Of a stretch of 64,000 nucleotides of DNA, positions 51,807 through 60,443 are shown one piece after another. The notes below the pieces were generated by a model. That model made no database searches, was not told where the DNA came from, and was given only the letters and a program-made list of their open reading frames with translations. How positions within the stretch are numbered: the stretch's first letter is position 1; each line of letters opens with the position of its first letter. Origin of the DNA: a virus; IMG/VR virus record IMGVR_UViG_3300020034_000010, positions 7,264 through 71,263 of that record; one strand, given 5' to 3'. A program made the translations under genes and the position numbers.

Positions 51807-51864
51807 CCAGAATACATGTAATTTCGACACCGTTTGTCGAAAACCCCGCAGTTTGCGGCATGGA

Positions 51865-52025
51865 TGCACCCGATCGACCTTCCCGCTGATCATGGCAGGC
51901 GTCCAACCGGGTGCAGAGCCGAGCATCCGCTTGTCCTCGCCCTTCTGAGACGGTGCCCCGCTGTTCTAGGGCGGTTCGGCTCCACCTGCCGAGCACGGCT
52001 GATGGGAGGACCACAGCTTCAGACT
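51865..52025 (-). ncRNA. Candidate structured RNA 1
   Basis: Two long helical domains; G-U pairs favour the minus strand; TG-n-TAGGTT -10 at 52033-52038; followed by a hairpin and TTTT. Confidence 0.45.
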
Positions 52026-52120
52026 CGGCGCCAACCTACCAAATGTTGCGGCAAAGACATCATGGTGGACACCACAATCGCCGAAATTGCGGAAAACCAG
52101 TTCCCATGCGGCTTTCAGAA

Positions 52121-52136
52121 CGTTTCACGTGGAACA
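52121..52136. promoter_or_regulatory. parS: parS-like ParB-binding palindrome
   Basis: TGTTCCACGTGAAACG (minus strand) versus the conserved chromosomal consensus TGTTNCACGTGAAACA. Confidence 0.7.
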
Positions 52137-52158
52137 TTAATTCGGTGACTCACCGTAA

Positions 52159-52231
52159 TGCCGGCGGCGGGACTCGAACCCGCGACATCCTGCTTAAAAG
52201 GCAGGCGCTCTACCAACTAAGCTACGCCGGC
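52159..52231 (-). tRNA. tRNA-Lys (anticodon UUU), CCA not encoded
   Basis: GCCGGCG acceptor stem, AGTTGGTA D-loop, CCTGC-CTTTTAA-GCAGG anticodon arm, GGTTCGAGTCC T-arm. Confidence 0.95.
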
Positions 52232-52235
52232 GGGG

Positions 52236-52337
52236 TCAGCCCGGGAAGGTGTGGGCAGTGAAGGGGGCGCCGCCGAAGTCGAGCCAGAAGTTGTGCCAGC
52301 CCAGCACGGCGATGCGGAGTTTGGTCTCGGTCGTCAT
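52236..52337 (-). CDS. 33-aa small ORF upstream of the tRNA
   Basis: MTTETKLRIAVLGWHNFWLDFGGAPFTAHTFPG; GC3-biased codons; TAGTAT 8 nt upstream. Confidence 0.45.
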   Translation of the reverse strand: MTTETKLRIAVLGWHNFWLDFGGAPFTAHTFPG

Positions 52338-52358
52338 CGACGTGGATACTATTCCCCT

Positions 52359-53060
52359 ATGGCTGAACTTGGCGCCGGGTTCGAGGATCGGGATAGCGGT
52401 TACTTCGCGACCTTGCCGACGCCGCCGGGGCTGCTGGGAGGGCTCGTCTTGCTGGAGGAGGCCATGGCCTTCGCGCGCGTGAACCCGCTGGGGGCGGAGA
52501 TCCTCTCGGGGATCGAGAGCCTGATCGGCACCGTCGATCGCCAGGTCACGAGGATCACGATCGAGACCGTCAAGGTGGCCGACGAAGCGATCAGGGACAA
52601 GATTGAGCGCACGCGGGTTCGGCCGCGGATCAGCTCATTTGGCTTCATGGTGCCGAAAAAATCGCTCTCAGAAGGCGTGCGCTCAGAGGTCCTCGGTCCC
52701 GGAGCCGTCGGCATCGGCAGTCTCGGGGAGATGGACACCGTGGTCGGCACCGACGGTCGGCCCTATTGGCGCACCCAGGAGTACGGCTCCGACCACAACG
52801 TCGGCCGGATCATCTACGGGCTCTTCCAGCCCGGTGGCGCCGCTCCGAGCCAAGAGGACTTCCGCAAGCACCCAGTCTTCCAGCCCGGGGCCGAAGGGGG
52901 CGGAGCCATGATCATCCGCCGGCCGATCCCAGCTCGACACTTCATGCGCGACGGCGCCGCGGTCGCCGAGAGCTTCAGGGCTCGCGAACTAGGGCAGCTT
53001 GAGGACCAAGCGATCGGCGAGATTCGTGTCCTACGTGCTGCTTTGCCTGCTGCCGCGTAG
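52359..53060 (+). CDS. Neck/tail-completion protein (HK97 gp10-like)
   Basis: PYW..QEYGS...PARHFMRDG; leaderless start 6 nt after TACTAT. Confidence 0.6.
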   Translation: MAELGAGFEDRDSGYFATLPTPPGLLGGLVLLEEAMAFARVNPLGAEILSGIESLIGTVDRQVTRITIETVKVADEAIRDKIERTRVRPRISSFGFMVPKKSLSEGVRSEVLGPGAVGIGSLGEMDTVVGTDGRPYWRTQEYGSDHNVGRIIYGLFQPGGAAPSQEDFRKHPVFQPGAEGGGAMIIRRPIPARHFMRDGAAVAESFRARELGQLEDQAIGEIRVLRAALPAAA

Positions 53061-53089
53061 AGCAGACCCACAGTCACAGCCGAGGCCGC

Positions 53090-53099
53090 TCGTATATTA
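53090..53099 (+). promoter_or_regulatory. Late promoter motif TCGTATATTA
   Basis: Intergenic; heads the tail operon. Confidence 0.65.
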
Positions 53100-53103
53100 A
53101 GCA

Positions 53104-53382
53104 GTGGCAATGGCAGAGACGGGCGACGGTAGCCGAAGGGCGTACATCCATCGGCGTAAGGGTCGTTATATGGCGCAGTTGCTGGAGGAGTTCGAGCTAA
53201 AAGTCGAACCCCTAGTTTCAGCACAGGTGGCCGATGACTTCAAATCTTACGTTCGGCGGAAAATGAACGCTCTCGCGGCTGATGCTGTGGAGCTGTTGGA
53301 GCTTGAGGATAAGGCGATGAACGAGCTGGCGACTGACCTGAAGGATCGACTTTTTCCTGATGGCCCGCCGGGAAGGACTTAG
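53104..53382 (+). CDS. Hypothetical protein
   Basis: ORF between the promoter motif and the tail tube gene. Confidence 0.6.
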   Translation: MAMAETGDGSRRAYIHRRKGRYMAQLLEEFELKVEPLVSAQVADDFKSYVRRKMNALAADAVELLELEDKAMNELATDLKDRLFPDGPPGRT

Positions 53383-53385
53383 AAT

Positions 53386-54618
53386 ATGAGCATTCTCGCG
53401 GGTGACATTCTTCACGTTGGCGGTCAGAACATCATGGACCGCATCCAGCAGGCCGGACTCGGGAATGCGCAGATCCCGATCGAAACGATCCGCGAGGTAG
53501 GAAACCGCGAGGTCGTGGACAAGGTGCCGGGCGAGCCCGACTTCACCTTCACTCTTCAGAGCTTCAACGTCGGCACGGAACTGATCGCGTTCCTGACCGG
53601 CAAATCCGGTGGCAAAGCCTCCGCCTCCTTCCCCGGTTCGGGCGATCCCGACGGGACCGAGTACAACTGGCTCGACTGCGGCTTCGTGAACATCACGTCG
53701 CCCTGGAAGAAAGGCTCGACGGGCTCCGCCGGCGTCGTCGAGGCGGGCTTCCTGGTCCCCGGCTACTACCCGACCCGCTATACCCTCAACTTCGGCGTCA
53801 CCGACAACGCTCAGCAACAGGCCGAGCTGTCCGGTGGCTCCTACTACTACGCGGAGGCCGCTCCCGAAGAGAACAAATTCGCCGGTGACGGCGTAACGGT
53901 CGCCTTCGAATCGGCCGACACGACCGTCCACTACCGCAAGGGCGGGGGCGAAGGCGAAACCTTCCGCGACGTGTTCGGCGTCATCGTCGATGGTCAGATC
54001 CAGACCGAGGAAATCGACTACAAAGTGAGCGGCGGCAACGGCTCGAAAGCCGTCGTCACCTTCGACGAAGCGCCCGAAGGCGGCGCCGACATCCGCTTCT
54101 GCTACTTCACCAAAGCGGCCAAGAGCTACCCGCAGCCGCTCCACGCGTCCTCCCAGGTCCTCCCGGGCGCCGTCCGCGGCCGGAACATCGTCATCGAGAT
54201 CGACGAAGAGCGCGCCGGCGGCGGTCAGACCTTTACCCTGGAGGCGACGGTCGAAGGCGAAGTCGAGCGCGAGCTTGGCACCGAAGACGTGATCGCCTAC
54301 AACGTGAAAGGCACCGACACGAACGGGACCTTCACGGTGCGGCCGAAGGACAAAGACGCCTTCTTCGACCTCCTCAGCCGGATCACCGGCGTCAGCCGCT
54401 CCGAGGTCTTCGGCTTCTTCAACGATCACACGGTCCAGCTCGACGTGAAAATCCAGAACCCGAAGAACCCGTCGAAAATCCTCAAGACCGTCCGGGTCGC
54501 CGATGCCAAGTTCCAGCCTCCGGGCCAGCAGGCCCAGGTCAACGCGGCGACCGACTTCGCGATCAGCTACGCATCGGTCAACGGCACCTTCTCGGAGTTC
54601 AAGGGCGAAGCGCCCTAA
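53386..54618 (+). CDS. Major tail (tube) protein
   Basis: 410 aa, beta-rich, strongly biased codons; precedes chaperone and tape measure. Confidence 0.7.
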   Translation: MSILAGDILHVGGQNIMDRIQQAGLGNAQIPIETIREVGNREVVDKVPGEPDFTFTLQSFNVGTELIAFLTGKSGGKASASFPGSGDPDGTEYNWLDCGFVNITSPWKKGSTGSAGVVEAGFLVPGYYPTRYTLNFGVTDNAQQQAELSGGSYYYAEAAPEENKFAGDGVTVAFESADTTVHYRKGGGEGETFRDVFGVIVDGQIQTEEIDYKVSGGNGSKAVVTFDEAPEGGADIRFCYFTKAAKSYPQPLHASSQVLPGAVRGRNIVIEIDEERAGGGQTFTLEATVEGEVERELGTEDVIAYNVKGTDTNGTFTVRPKDKDAFFDLLSRITGVSRSEVFGFFNDHTVQLDVKIQNPKNPSKILKTVRVADAKFQPPGQQAQVNAATDFAISYASVNGTFSEFKGEAP

Positions 54619-54730
54619 CCCTCCGGCTTCACCACATAGTGGCTTCGCGGCCACGCACTACGGACTCGGCGCGCGAAAGCGCAGGCAGATGTAAAGCGGG
54701 GCATTACGCCCCCCACAGACAAGGAGCAGC

Positions 54731-55690
54731 ATGAACGATCAGCCCGAGACCCACACAGCAGAGATGCCCCCCGTGGCGGTTGCCGCGGAGGATGTCGCCG
54801 TTGGAGGCATGCCGCCGGCAGACGCCGCCCCGGAGCCGCCCGCGGCCGAGCCAGCCCCTGAGCCGGTCGTCGAAACGAGCCCTGCCGAAGAAGCGACCCC
54901 GAAGAGGATGCACAACTACTCGGAGTACCTCCACGTCGGCGCCGGCGCCGAGGACTGCGAGCACGGCGCTGACGGCGCCTGCGAGGACCCTCAGCACTCC
55001 CACATCTGGGTCCGCCTGCCCAACCAGTTCGAGCGGGCGAACATCTCCGAAAAGGCCGCTGCCGCCGCGGCCCGCCGGCTGCGCCTCCTGCGTGACCCGG
55101 AGTCCGACCAGCGGGTGATCCTCGACGGCGAGCTTGAACAGCTCCAGGTCGCCAACGATCGCCCGGCTCTGATCGAGCAGATCGTGGGGAAAGACTTCCT
55201 CGAAGACCACCTGGCGGCGCTGAAGGAGGTCCTGGAGGAAGACGAAGACGAGTGGGCGACGATCGACGAGGATCGCGAGCGCCTGCGGGTGCTGGAGCCC
55301 ATGCCCGAAGAGGAGCGGCCGAAAGAGGAATTCGAAGAGCTGTCGGCCCATCTCAAAGAGCACACGCGCCTGGTGAACGAGCGCCGGGATGCGATCCAGA
55401 AACCGAAGAGGGACGAGCTGGAGGCGAAGGGCACCGAGGATCTGGTGGACATCCTTCGCGAACAGCAGATCGAGGCGATCGGCACCGCGGCCCGGCGTGA
55501 AGAGTCGGCCAAATGGGAGTGGTACATCTGTTCCTTCAAGCCGAAGTCGCCGGACAAGCCCGGCTTCCCCAGCGATCGGTTCTTCTCGTCGATCGACACG
55601 TTCACTTCTGCCTCCACAGAGGAGATCGAGGCAATCTCCGAGGCAGTCACTCGGTTGGAGACGGAGGCGAGCGAAAAGCTAAAAGGCTAG
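54731..55690 (+). CDS. Tail assembly chaperone (G-like)
   Basis: AAGGAG RBS; lies between tail tube and tape measure. Confidence 0.65.
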   Translation: MNDQPETHTAEMPPVAVAAEDVAVGGMPPADAAPEPPAAEPAPEPVVETSPAEEATPKRMHNYSEYLHVGAGAEDCEHGADGACEDPQHSHIWVRLPNQFERANISEKAAAAAARRLRLLRDPESDQRVILDGELEQLQVANDRPALIEQIVGKDFLEDHLAALKEVLEEDEDEWATIDEDRERLRVLEPMPEEERPKEEFEELSAHLKEHTRLVNERRDAIQKPKRDELEAKGTEDLVDILREQQIEAIGTAARREESAKWEWYICSFKPKSPDKPGFPSDRFFSSIDTFTSASTEEIEAISEAVTRLETEASEKLKG

Positions 55691-56013
55691 TCCTCGATGA
55701 CTCATGGCTAGAAACGGTTCGACTCGCGCGGGAGATGGGAACGGCAGACTTGCTGTTCCCGCCCGGCGTGGAGCGCATAGACGAACTGCCGGCACAATTG
55801 TTCGAGGCGATCAGGGTGTCGATGATCTACCTGAGCTTCGAGGAGCTTCCCGAGGAGGACCGTCCACCCAAAAAGATTTGGGACGACAGTGCGAAACTCA
55901 AACTGCACTTCCAACAGGTGAAAGAAAAGCGTAAGCGACAGAGCGACCCCGACGCAGCGGCCCCGATCGAGGAGCCGGTGCAGAATGACCTGACGAAACA
56001 CATCACAAGATGA
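55672..56013 (+). CDS. Tail assembly chaperone frameshift extension (T-like, -1 frame)
   Basis: The -1 frame is open across C GAA AAG CTA AAA G; contains EDRPPKKIWD. Confidence 0.55.
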   Translation, partial: RKAKRLVLDDSWLETVRLAREMGTADLLFPPGVERIDELPAQLFEAIRVSMIYLSFEELPEEDRPPKKIWDDSAKLKLHFQQVKEKRKRQSDPDAAAPIEEPVQNDLTKHITR

Positions 56014-59000
56014 CACCGTTCGACTTCGGAGCCTTTGAGAGGGAAGCTGGTCAGCTTCTCGCGCAGATGCGCAAAAGCGCCGCGGTCGCAGCGGAGTATG
56101 AGTCGCAGGCCAAATCGGGTCGGCTCTCGACCAGCGAGGCGTCACGCGCTGCGGAGCCCGCCGGCGCTGCCGCTGGCGGTTCGAAGTCGGCCGAGGCAGA
56201 GATCAGGTCGCGTGGGCTGGCGACGGATCAGCTCGTGACCCGCCAGAAGGCCCTCACTTCGGCCGAGCAGGACGCCTCGCGCGCGGAGAGTCAGCTCGCC
56301 CAGAACATGGCACAGAGCCGCGGCTCCCTGCGGACCACCGGTGCCCTGACTAACGAGTTCGTGGATGAGGCGAAACGCGGTGCAGTGACGATTCGCGAGA
56401 TCGGCCAGGAGGTCAGCGGCACGATCTCCAAGTTCGGCGGCTGGATCGTCGCCGGCGGCGCCGTCTACTTCGCCTTCGACGCCCTGAGTGATGTGAAACG
56501 AGGCGCGATCGACGCGGCCTCTGGTGTGGAGCAGATGAGTCGAGTGATCAACAACCTCGACATCAGTAGTGCGACCGATGAAGTGAAAGAACTGGCGAAC
56601 GAATTCAACCTGCCGATCTCCAGTGTCACCGAAACTGCCTTCGGGATCGGCAAGGCGTACCACAACCAGGCGCAGGCTCTCCTCGCCACCAAATCGGCAC
56701 TGTACGCCGTGAAGGTTGGTGAGCTTGACGCAGGGACCGCGACCAAATACCTGATCTCGATCATCAACGGCTTCCATCTCCCGGCGTCGGCGATGGCCGG
56801 GTTGTTCGATCAGTTGCTGACCGCCCAGAAGCGTTATGCGATCGACCTCCCCTCCCTGATGGCCGGCGTCGGTCGAGCGGCTGGTTCTTTCCGAGCTGCC
56901 GGCGGCGATGTCCACACACTGATCGCGCTGATCACGACCCTTCAGCACGTCTCCGGGCAACAGGGAAATGTCATCGGCACGACGATTCAGCGGTCTCCTC
57001 ACTTCCTCGCGATGCCGCAGAACCAGTCGGTACTCAAACAGTTCGGCGTCGATCCGAACCAAGACATCGAACAGGTCTACTCAGAGGCGATCAACGCAGC
57101 TCAGGGTAAATCCGGCAACGTCCAGAGGGAGATCGCTGAAGCACTGTTCGGTCCACAAAACGCCTCCCGCGTCGGGATCTTCCTACTCCAGAACAAGAAA
57201 CTCTTCGACGAAGTTCTCAAACAAACCTCACCAAAACATGCCAAAGGCGCCGCGGAAGAACAGTTGGAAATCGTTCTCTCCAAGGCAAGCGAGAAGATTG
57301 ATCGAATCGGGCATCAGCTCGAACAGATCGGGCTCGGCCTGGCGCGCGGCCACCTGCTCGACTCGCTCGGTCTTGCTCTCCAGACGATCAACGAGCTTCT
57401 CTCCGTAGCAAACAGCCTGCTCGGGGCATTCGACTCACTCCCGGACGGGGCTCAAAAGCTCCTCGCCTACCTGATCCAGGCGTCGTTGGTCATCAAGACC
57501 CTGCGCAGGCTGAATCTCGGCGAGACGATCGCTGGGCAGCCTCAAGGGCAGGTGGGTGGAGTACGTGGCGGCGCCGCTCGCTTCTTCGGCTACGAAAGCA
57601 AAGACTCCTTCGCCAAGGAAGCGCGCGCCGGGTTCATCAACGAGCAGCAGGCGCTCCAGAAAGAACTCTCGAAAATCACGACTCGGCAGTACACGGCCGG
57701 CCGCGAGGAGACCGCGGCCTTCAAAAGGGCACGGGAGACCGATGCGGCTGTTGGGCCGGCGGTCAAACAGTACGGCGCGCTTTCACCAGAGGCAGCGGCG
57801 GCGAAAGAGAAGGCCGTCGGTGCAGCGCGGACGGCAACGGCAGCGGCTGAAGCCAGCGAAAAACTGGCGATCAAAGAAGAGGCTGCCGTTGCGCGTCTCG
57901 CTGCGATCCAAGAGAGCATCGTTGCTACCCGCAAAAAAGTCGTTGGCGGGCTCAACGCGGAGGCGACGATCGCGGAGGCCCAGCGGCTCGGCTACCCGGT
58001 GCCCGCGGGCTTCGAAAAGGACCCTCTGGCTGGCACCCGCAAACTGGGCGCCACGCAGAGAGAGGTCGAGGCGATCAACCAGGCGACCAAGGGCGTCGTC
58101 CCCGCCGGCGCCGCAGAGGAGGCGGGCAGGACCTCGGCCGTCGTCGGTGGAGCCGCGGGCAAGGTCAAGGACTTCAGCTCGAAAGTCGGGGGCGTCAAAG
58201 GTGCGGTGTCGTCTCTGGGCGGCGCCTTCAGCGGGCTCCTCGGGCGAGCGGGCGAGCTTGCCTTCGCTGCCTTCACGATCGGCTTGCTCTCGGAACTACT
58301 CACCGACCAAGCCGACAAGGTTGGTGACGAGTTCGAATCCATCAGTGCGGCATCGAAGTCTCCAAAAGCACGTCTCGACAGACTTCATCAGCTCAAAAAG
58401 GGATCACAGGCTGGTGAAGGTGGCGAAACCTTCTCCGATCGCCTCGACAACCTGATCACCGAACGGACCAAGGTCCTCGGTGTGGACGTGCCGACTCTTG
58501 GCCTCGGTCCGGGGAAGGGGATCGGGGAAGAACGAGAGGAACTCGAAGCTCAGGCTGCCCACACGATTGAAGCCGAACTGAAGGCTCAGCGCAGTGCGAA
58601 ACGAAAAGGTGAGCCGGTTCCATTCCGGTACATCTCTGACATCAGGAAAGACATTCAGCGTGTGCAGAAGTCGAACCTGGGGCGTAAGCAGACCGAAGAA
58701 GCGCTGGAAAAGTACGAAGAAGAGCTGCTGCACTCGTACGCCGGCGGGAAAGATCACAACAATGAACTTGCTGCGGCACAGGCAGAAATCCAGAAGGCTG
58801 GTGTCGAAACCGCGAAGGGTAAGGATCTGGTTGAAAAACTCCAGAACCTGAAAGCCTCGCAGATCACCGAACGGTTGTCGTCGAACGCGGCGTTGATCGG
58901 GGGGTCTGAAGGGGTCGCGTATGACCCTGCGATTGCACACAAGCTGGCGCTGATCTATGAGGCTCAGGTTCATACGCGACGTGGGGCCACCGACGCTAAA

Positions 59001-60443
59001 TCTCTCTCCGAACTCGCGTCGGCGCGGCAGACGTACTTCTCCGCGATCGAGACCGCGGTGTCGAGTGAACTCCAGTACGGCCTCGACACAGCCAAAACCC
59101 AGGGTCAGCGATCCGCTGCCTATCAGCAGGCGCTCTCCAGGTACAAACACTTCGCAGGTTCGTCAGGTGCCGATTACAAAAAGCAGAAAGAGCAGGTCGA
59201 ACAGCTCGAAAAACGCCGCCAGCAGGTGGCCGCGCAGCAGCAAGAAGAAGAAGGCAACATACACAGTCCGGGGATCGACGCGACAAAACTCCCTGGTAAT
59301 GAAGAACTGAAAAAACTTGACACTCGGCTCCAGGCTGAAAAAGGCAAACTGAAAGCCCTTGCTGACGAAGAGAACCAGAAGCAGAGGTTCGTTCGTCAGA
59401 TCATTCAAAAACTGCGCGAGGAACAGTTCCAGGCGAACAGCGCACTTCGTCAGGCCGAAGAGGGTGCGCGCGAGGCGCTGACTGCCGACCCGGTTGTGCA
59501 GACCCGAGAGAAAATTGAATTCCTCGGTAAAGAAATTGCCCAGGCGATCAAAGTCTACGGTAAGGATTCCCAGCAGGTCTTCCAGCTCATCACCGAACGG
59601 CGCCAGGCGCAGCAGACGTTGATCCAGGATCAGCTCGGGTTGATTCAGGCACACGGTCAGCTCGCGACCGCCGGCATCCTCCAGCAGGTTCCTCGTGAGA
59701 AATCGGAGCTGTACGGCCCCGGTGGGCTCCTCGCCCAGCTTCGTTTCGAGCAGGCTCACCGCAACGCCTTCGACCCAAAGCAGATCATCGAAATCGAGGC
59801 CCAAGTCAAACAGGCACAGGCCCAGCTCGAATTCGATGTGGTGCAGGAAGCCACCCAGCTTGCCGATGCGCGGTTCGGTATCAGGGAAGCGCAGGCGCAG
59901 TACAAAGGTAACGGTGCGCAGGCCGCGAAAATCGCACTGGATAAAGCGAAATACGATCTTGCACATGCACAGACGCCGCAGGAAAAACTCGCTGCGCAGC
60001 AGTCGGTGATCCAGGCCGTCGGCGCGAAGCGGGATGCCGTTGCTCAGGCCAAACTCGAATCGATCGAATTCGAAGCCAACATCGCGAAGACCACTACGCA
60101 GGACGAGATCGAACAGCTCGAAAATCTCCTCCATACCTACAAGCTCAGCATGGCGATGCGCCGGCAGATCCGTGAGCAGATCCACTCGCTGAAAGGCCAG
60201 CTCTCCAGTGAAGGTGACGCCTTCAACCTGAACGTCGGCGACTTCTCGCTGCCGACGGCATATGACATTCGCCGCGCTGTGCTATCCGGTGGTTCGGGGG
60301 GGCAGAGCCCGCAGGTCAACCAGTCCAACAGCTTCCACATCGAGAACTACTCCAGCGATCCGAACGTAGTGGGCCGCGCGATCGGCCGGGCACTCGGCGG
60401 CGCCGCCCACTCAGCCGCCCTATCAGCGGGAGTCGCGGGATGA
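56010..60443 (+). CDS. Tape measure protein
   Basis: 1477 aa, Ala/Gln-rich helical, with a TP901-like core region. Confidence 0.9.
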   Translation: MTPFDFGAFEREAGQLLAQMRKSAAVAAEYESQAKSGRLSTSEASRAAEPAGAAAGGSKSAEAEIRSRGLATDQLVTRQKALTSAEQDASRAESQLAQNMAQSRGSLRTTGALTNEFVDEAKRGAVTIREIGQEVSGTISKFGGWIVAGGAVYFAFDALSDVKRGAIDAASGVEQMSRVINNLDISSATDEVKELANEFNLPISSVTETAFGIGKAYHNQAQALLATKSALYAVKVGELDAGTATKYLISIINGFHLPASAMAGLFDQLLTAQKRYAIDLPSLMAGVGRAAGSFRAAGGDVHTLIALITTLQHVSGQQGNVIGTTIQRSPHFLAMPQNQSVLKQFGVDPNQDIEQVYSEAINAAQGKSGNVQREIAEALFGPQNASRVGIFLLQNKKLFDEVLKQTSPKHAKGAAEEQLEIVLSKASEKIDRIGHQLEQIGLGLARGHLLDSLGLALQTINELLSVANSLLGAFDSLPDGAQKLLAYLIQASLVIKTLRRLNLGETIAGQPQGQVGGVRGGAARFFGYESKDSFAKEARAGFINEQQALQKELSKITTRQYTAGREETAAFKRARETDAAVGPAVKQYGALSPEAAAAKEKAVGAARTATAAAEASEKLAIKEEAAVARLAAIQESIVATRKKVVGGLNAEATIAEAQRLGYPVPAGFEKDPLAGTRKLGATQREVEAINQATKGVVPAGAAEEAGRTSAVVGGAAGKVKDFSSKVGGVKGAVSSLGGAFSGLLGRAGELAFAAFTIGLLSELLTDQADKVGDEFESISAASKSPKARLDRLHQLKKGSQAGEGGETFSDRLDNLITERTKVLGVDVPTLGLGPGKGIGEEREELEAQAAHTIEAELKAQRSAKRKGEPVPFRYISDIRKDIQRVQKSNLGRKQTEEALEKYEEELLHSYAGGKDHNNELAAAQAEIQKAGVETAKGKDLVEKLQNLKASQITERLSSNAALIGGSEGVAYDPAIAHKLALIYEAQVHTRRGATDAKSLSELASARQTYFSAIETAVSSELQYGLDTAKTQGQRSAAYQQALSRYKHFAGSSGADYKKQKEQVEQLEKRRQQVAAQQQEEEGNIHSPGIDATKLPGNEELKKLDTRLQAEKGKLKALADEENQKQRFVRQIIQKLREEQFQANSALRQAEEGAREALTADPVVQTREKIEFLGKEIAQAIKVYGKDSQQVFQLITERRQAQQTLIQDQLGLIQAHGQLATAGILQQVPREKSELYGPGGLLAQLRFEQAHRNAFDPKQIIEIEAQVKQAQAQLEFDVVQEATQLADARFGIREAQAQYKGNGAQAAKIALDKAKYDLAHAQTPQEKLAAQQSVIQAVGAKRDAVAQAKLESIEFEANIAKTTTQDEIEQLENLLHTYKLSMAMRRQIREQIHSLKGQLSSEGDAFNLNVGDFSLPTAYDIRRAVLSGGSGGQSPQVNQSNSFHIENYSSDPNVVGRAIGRALGGAAHSAALSAGVAG

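Noticed and set aside
52100-52158. Theta/HDV-like ribozyme at the tRNA 3' trailer
   Set aside because: Only a short CGGTG/CACCG hairpin; no nested double-pseudoknot pattern found.
52159-52231. tRNA as prophage attachment site or host boundary
   Set aside because: Phage neck genes continue on both sides and no integrase is present in the window.
54610-54715. Twister ribozyme or c-di-GMP-I riboswitch
   Set aside because: Superficial similarity only; the conserved P4/pseudoknot or GCAAA elements are absent.
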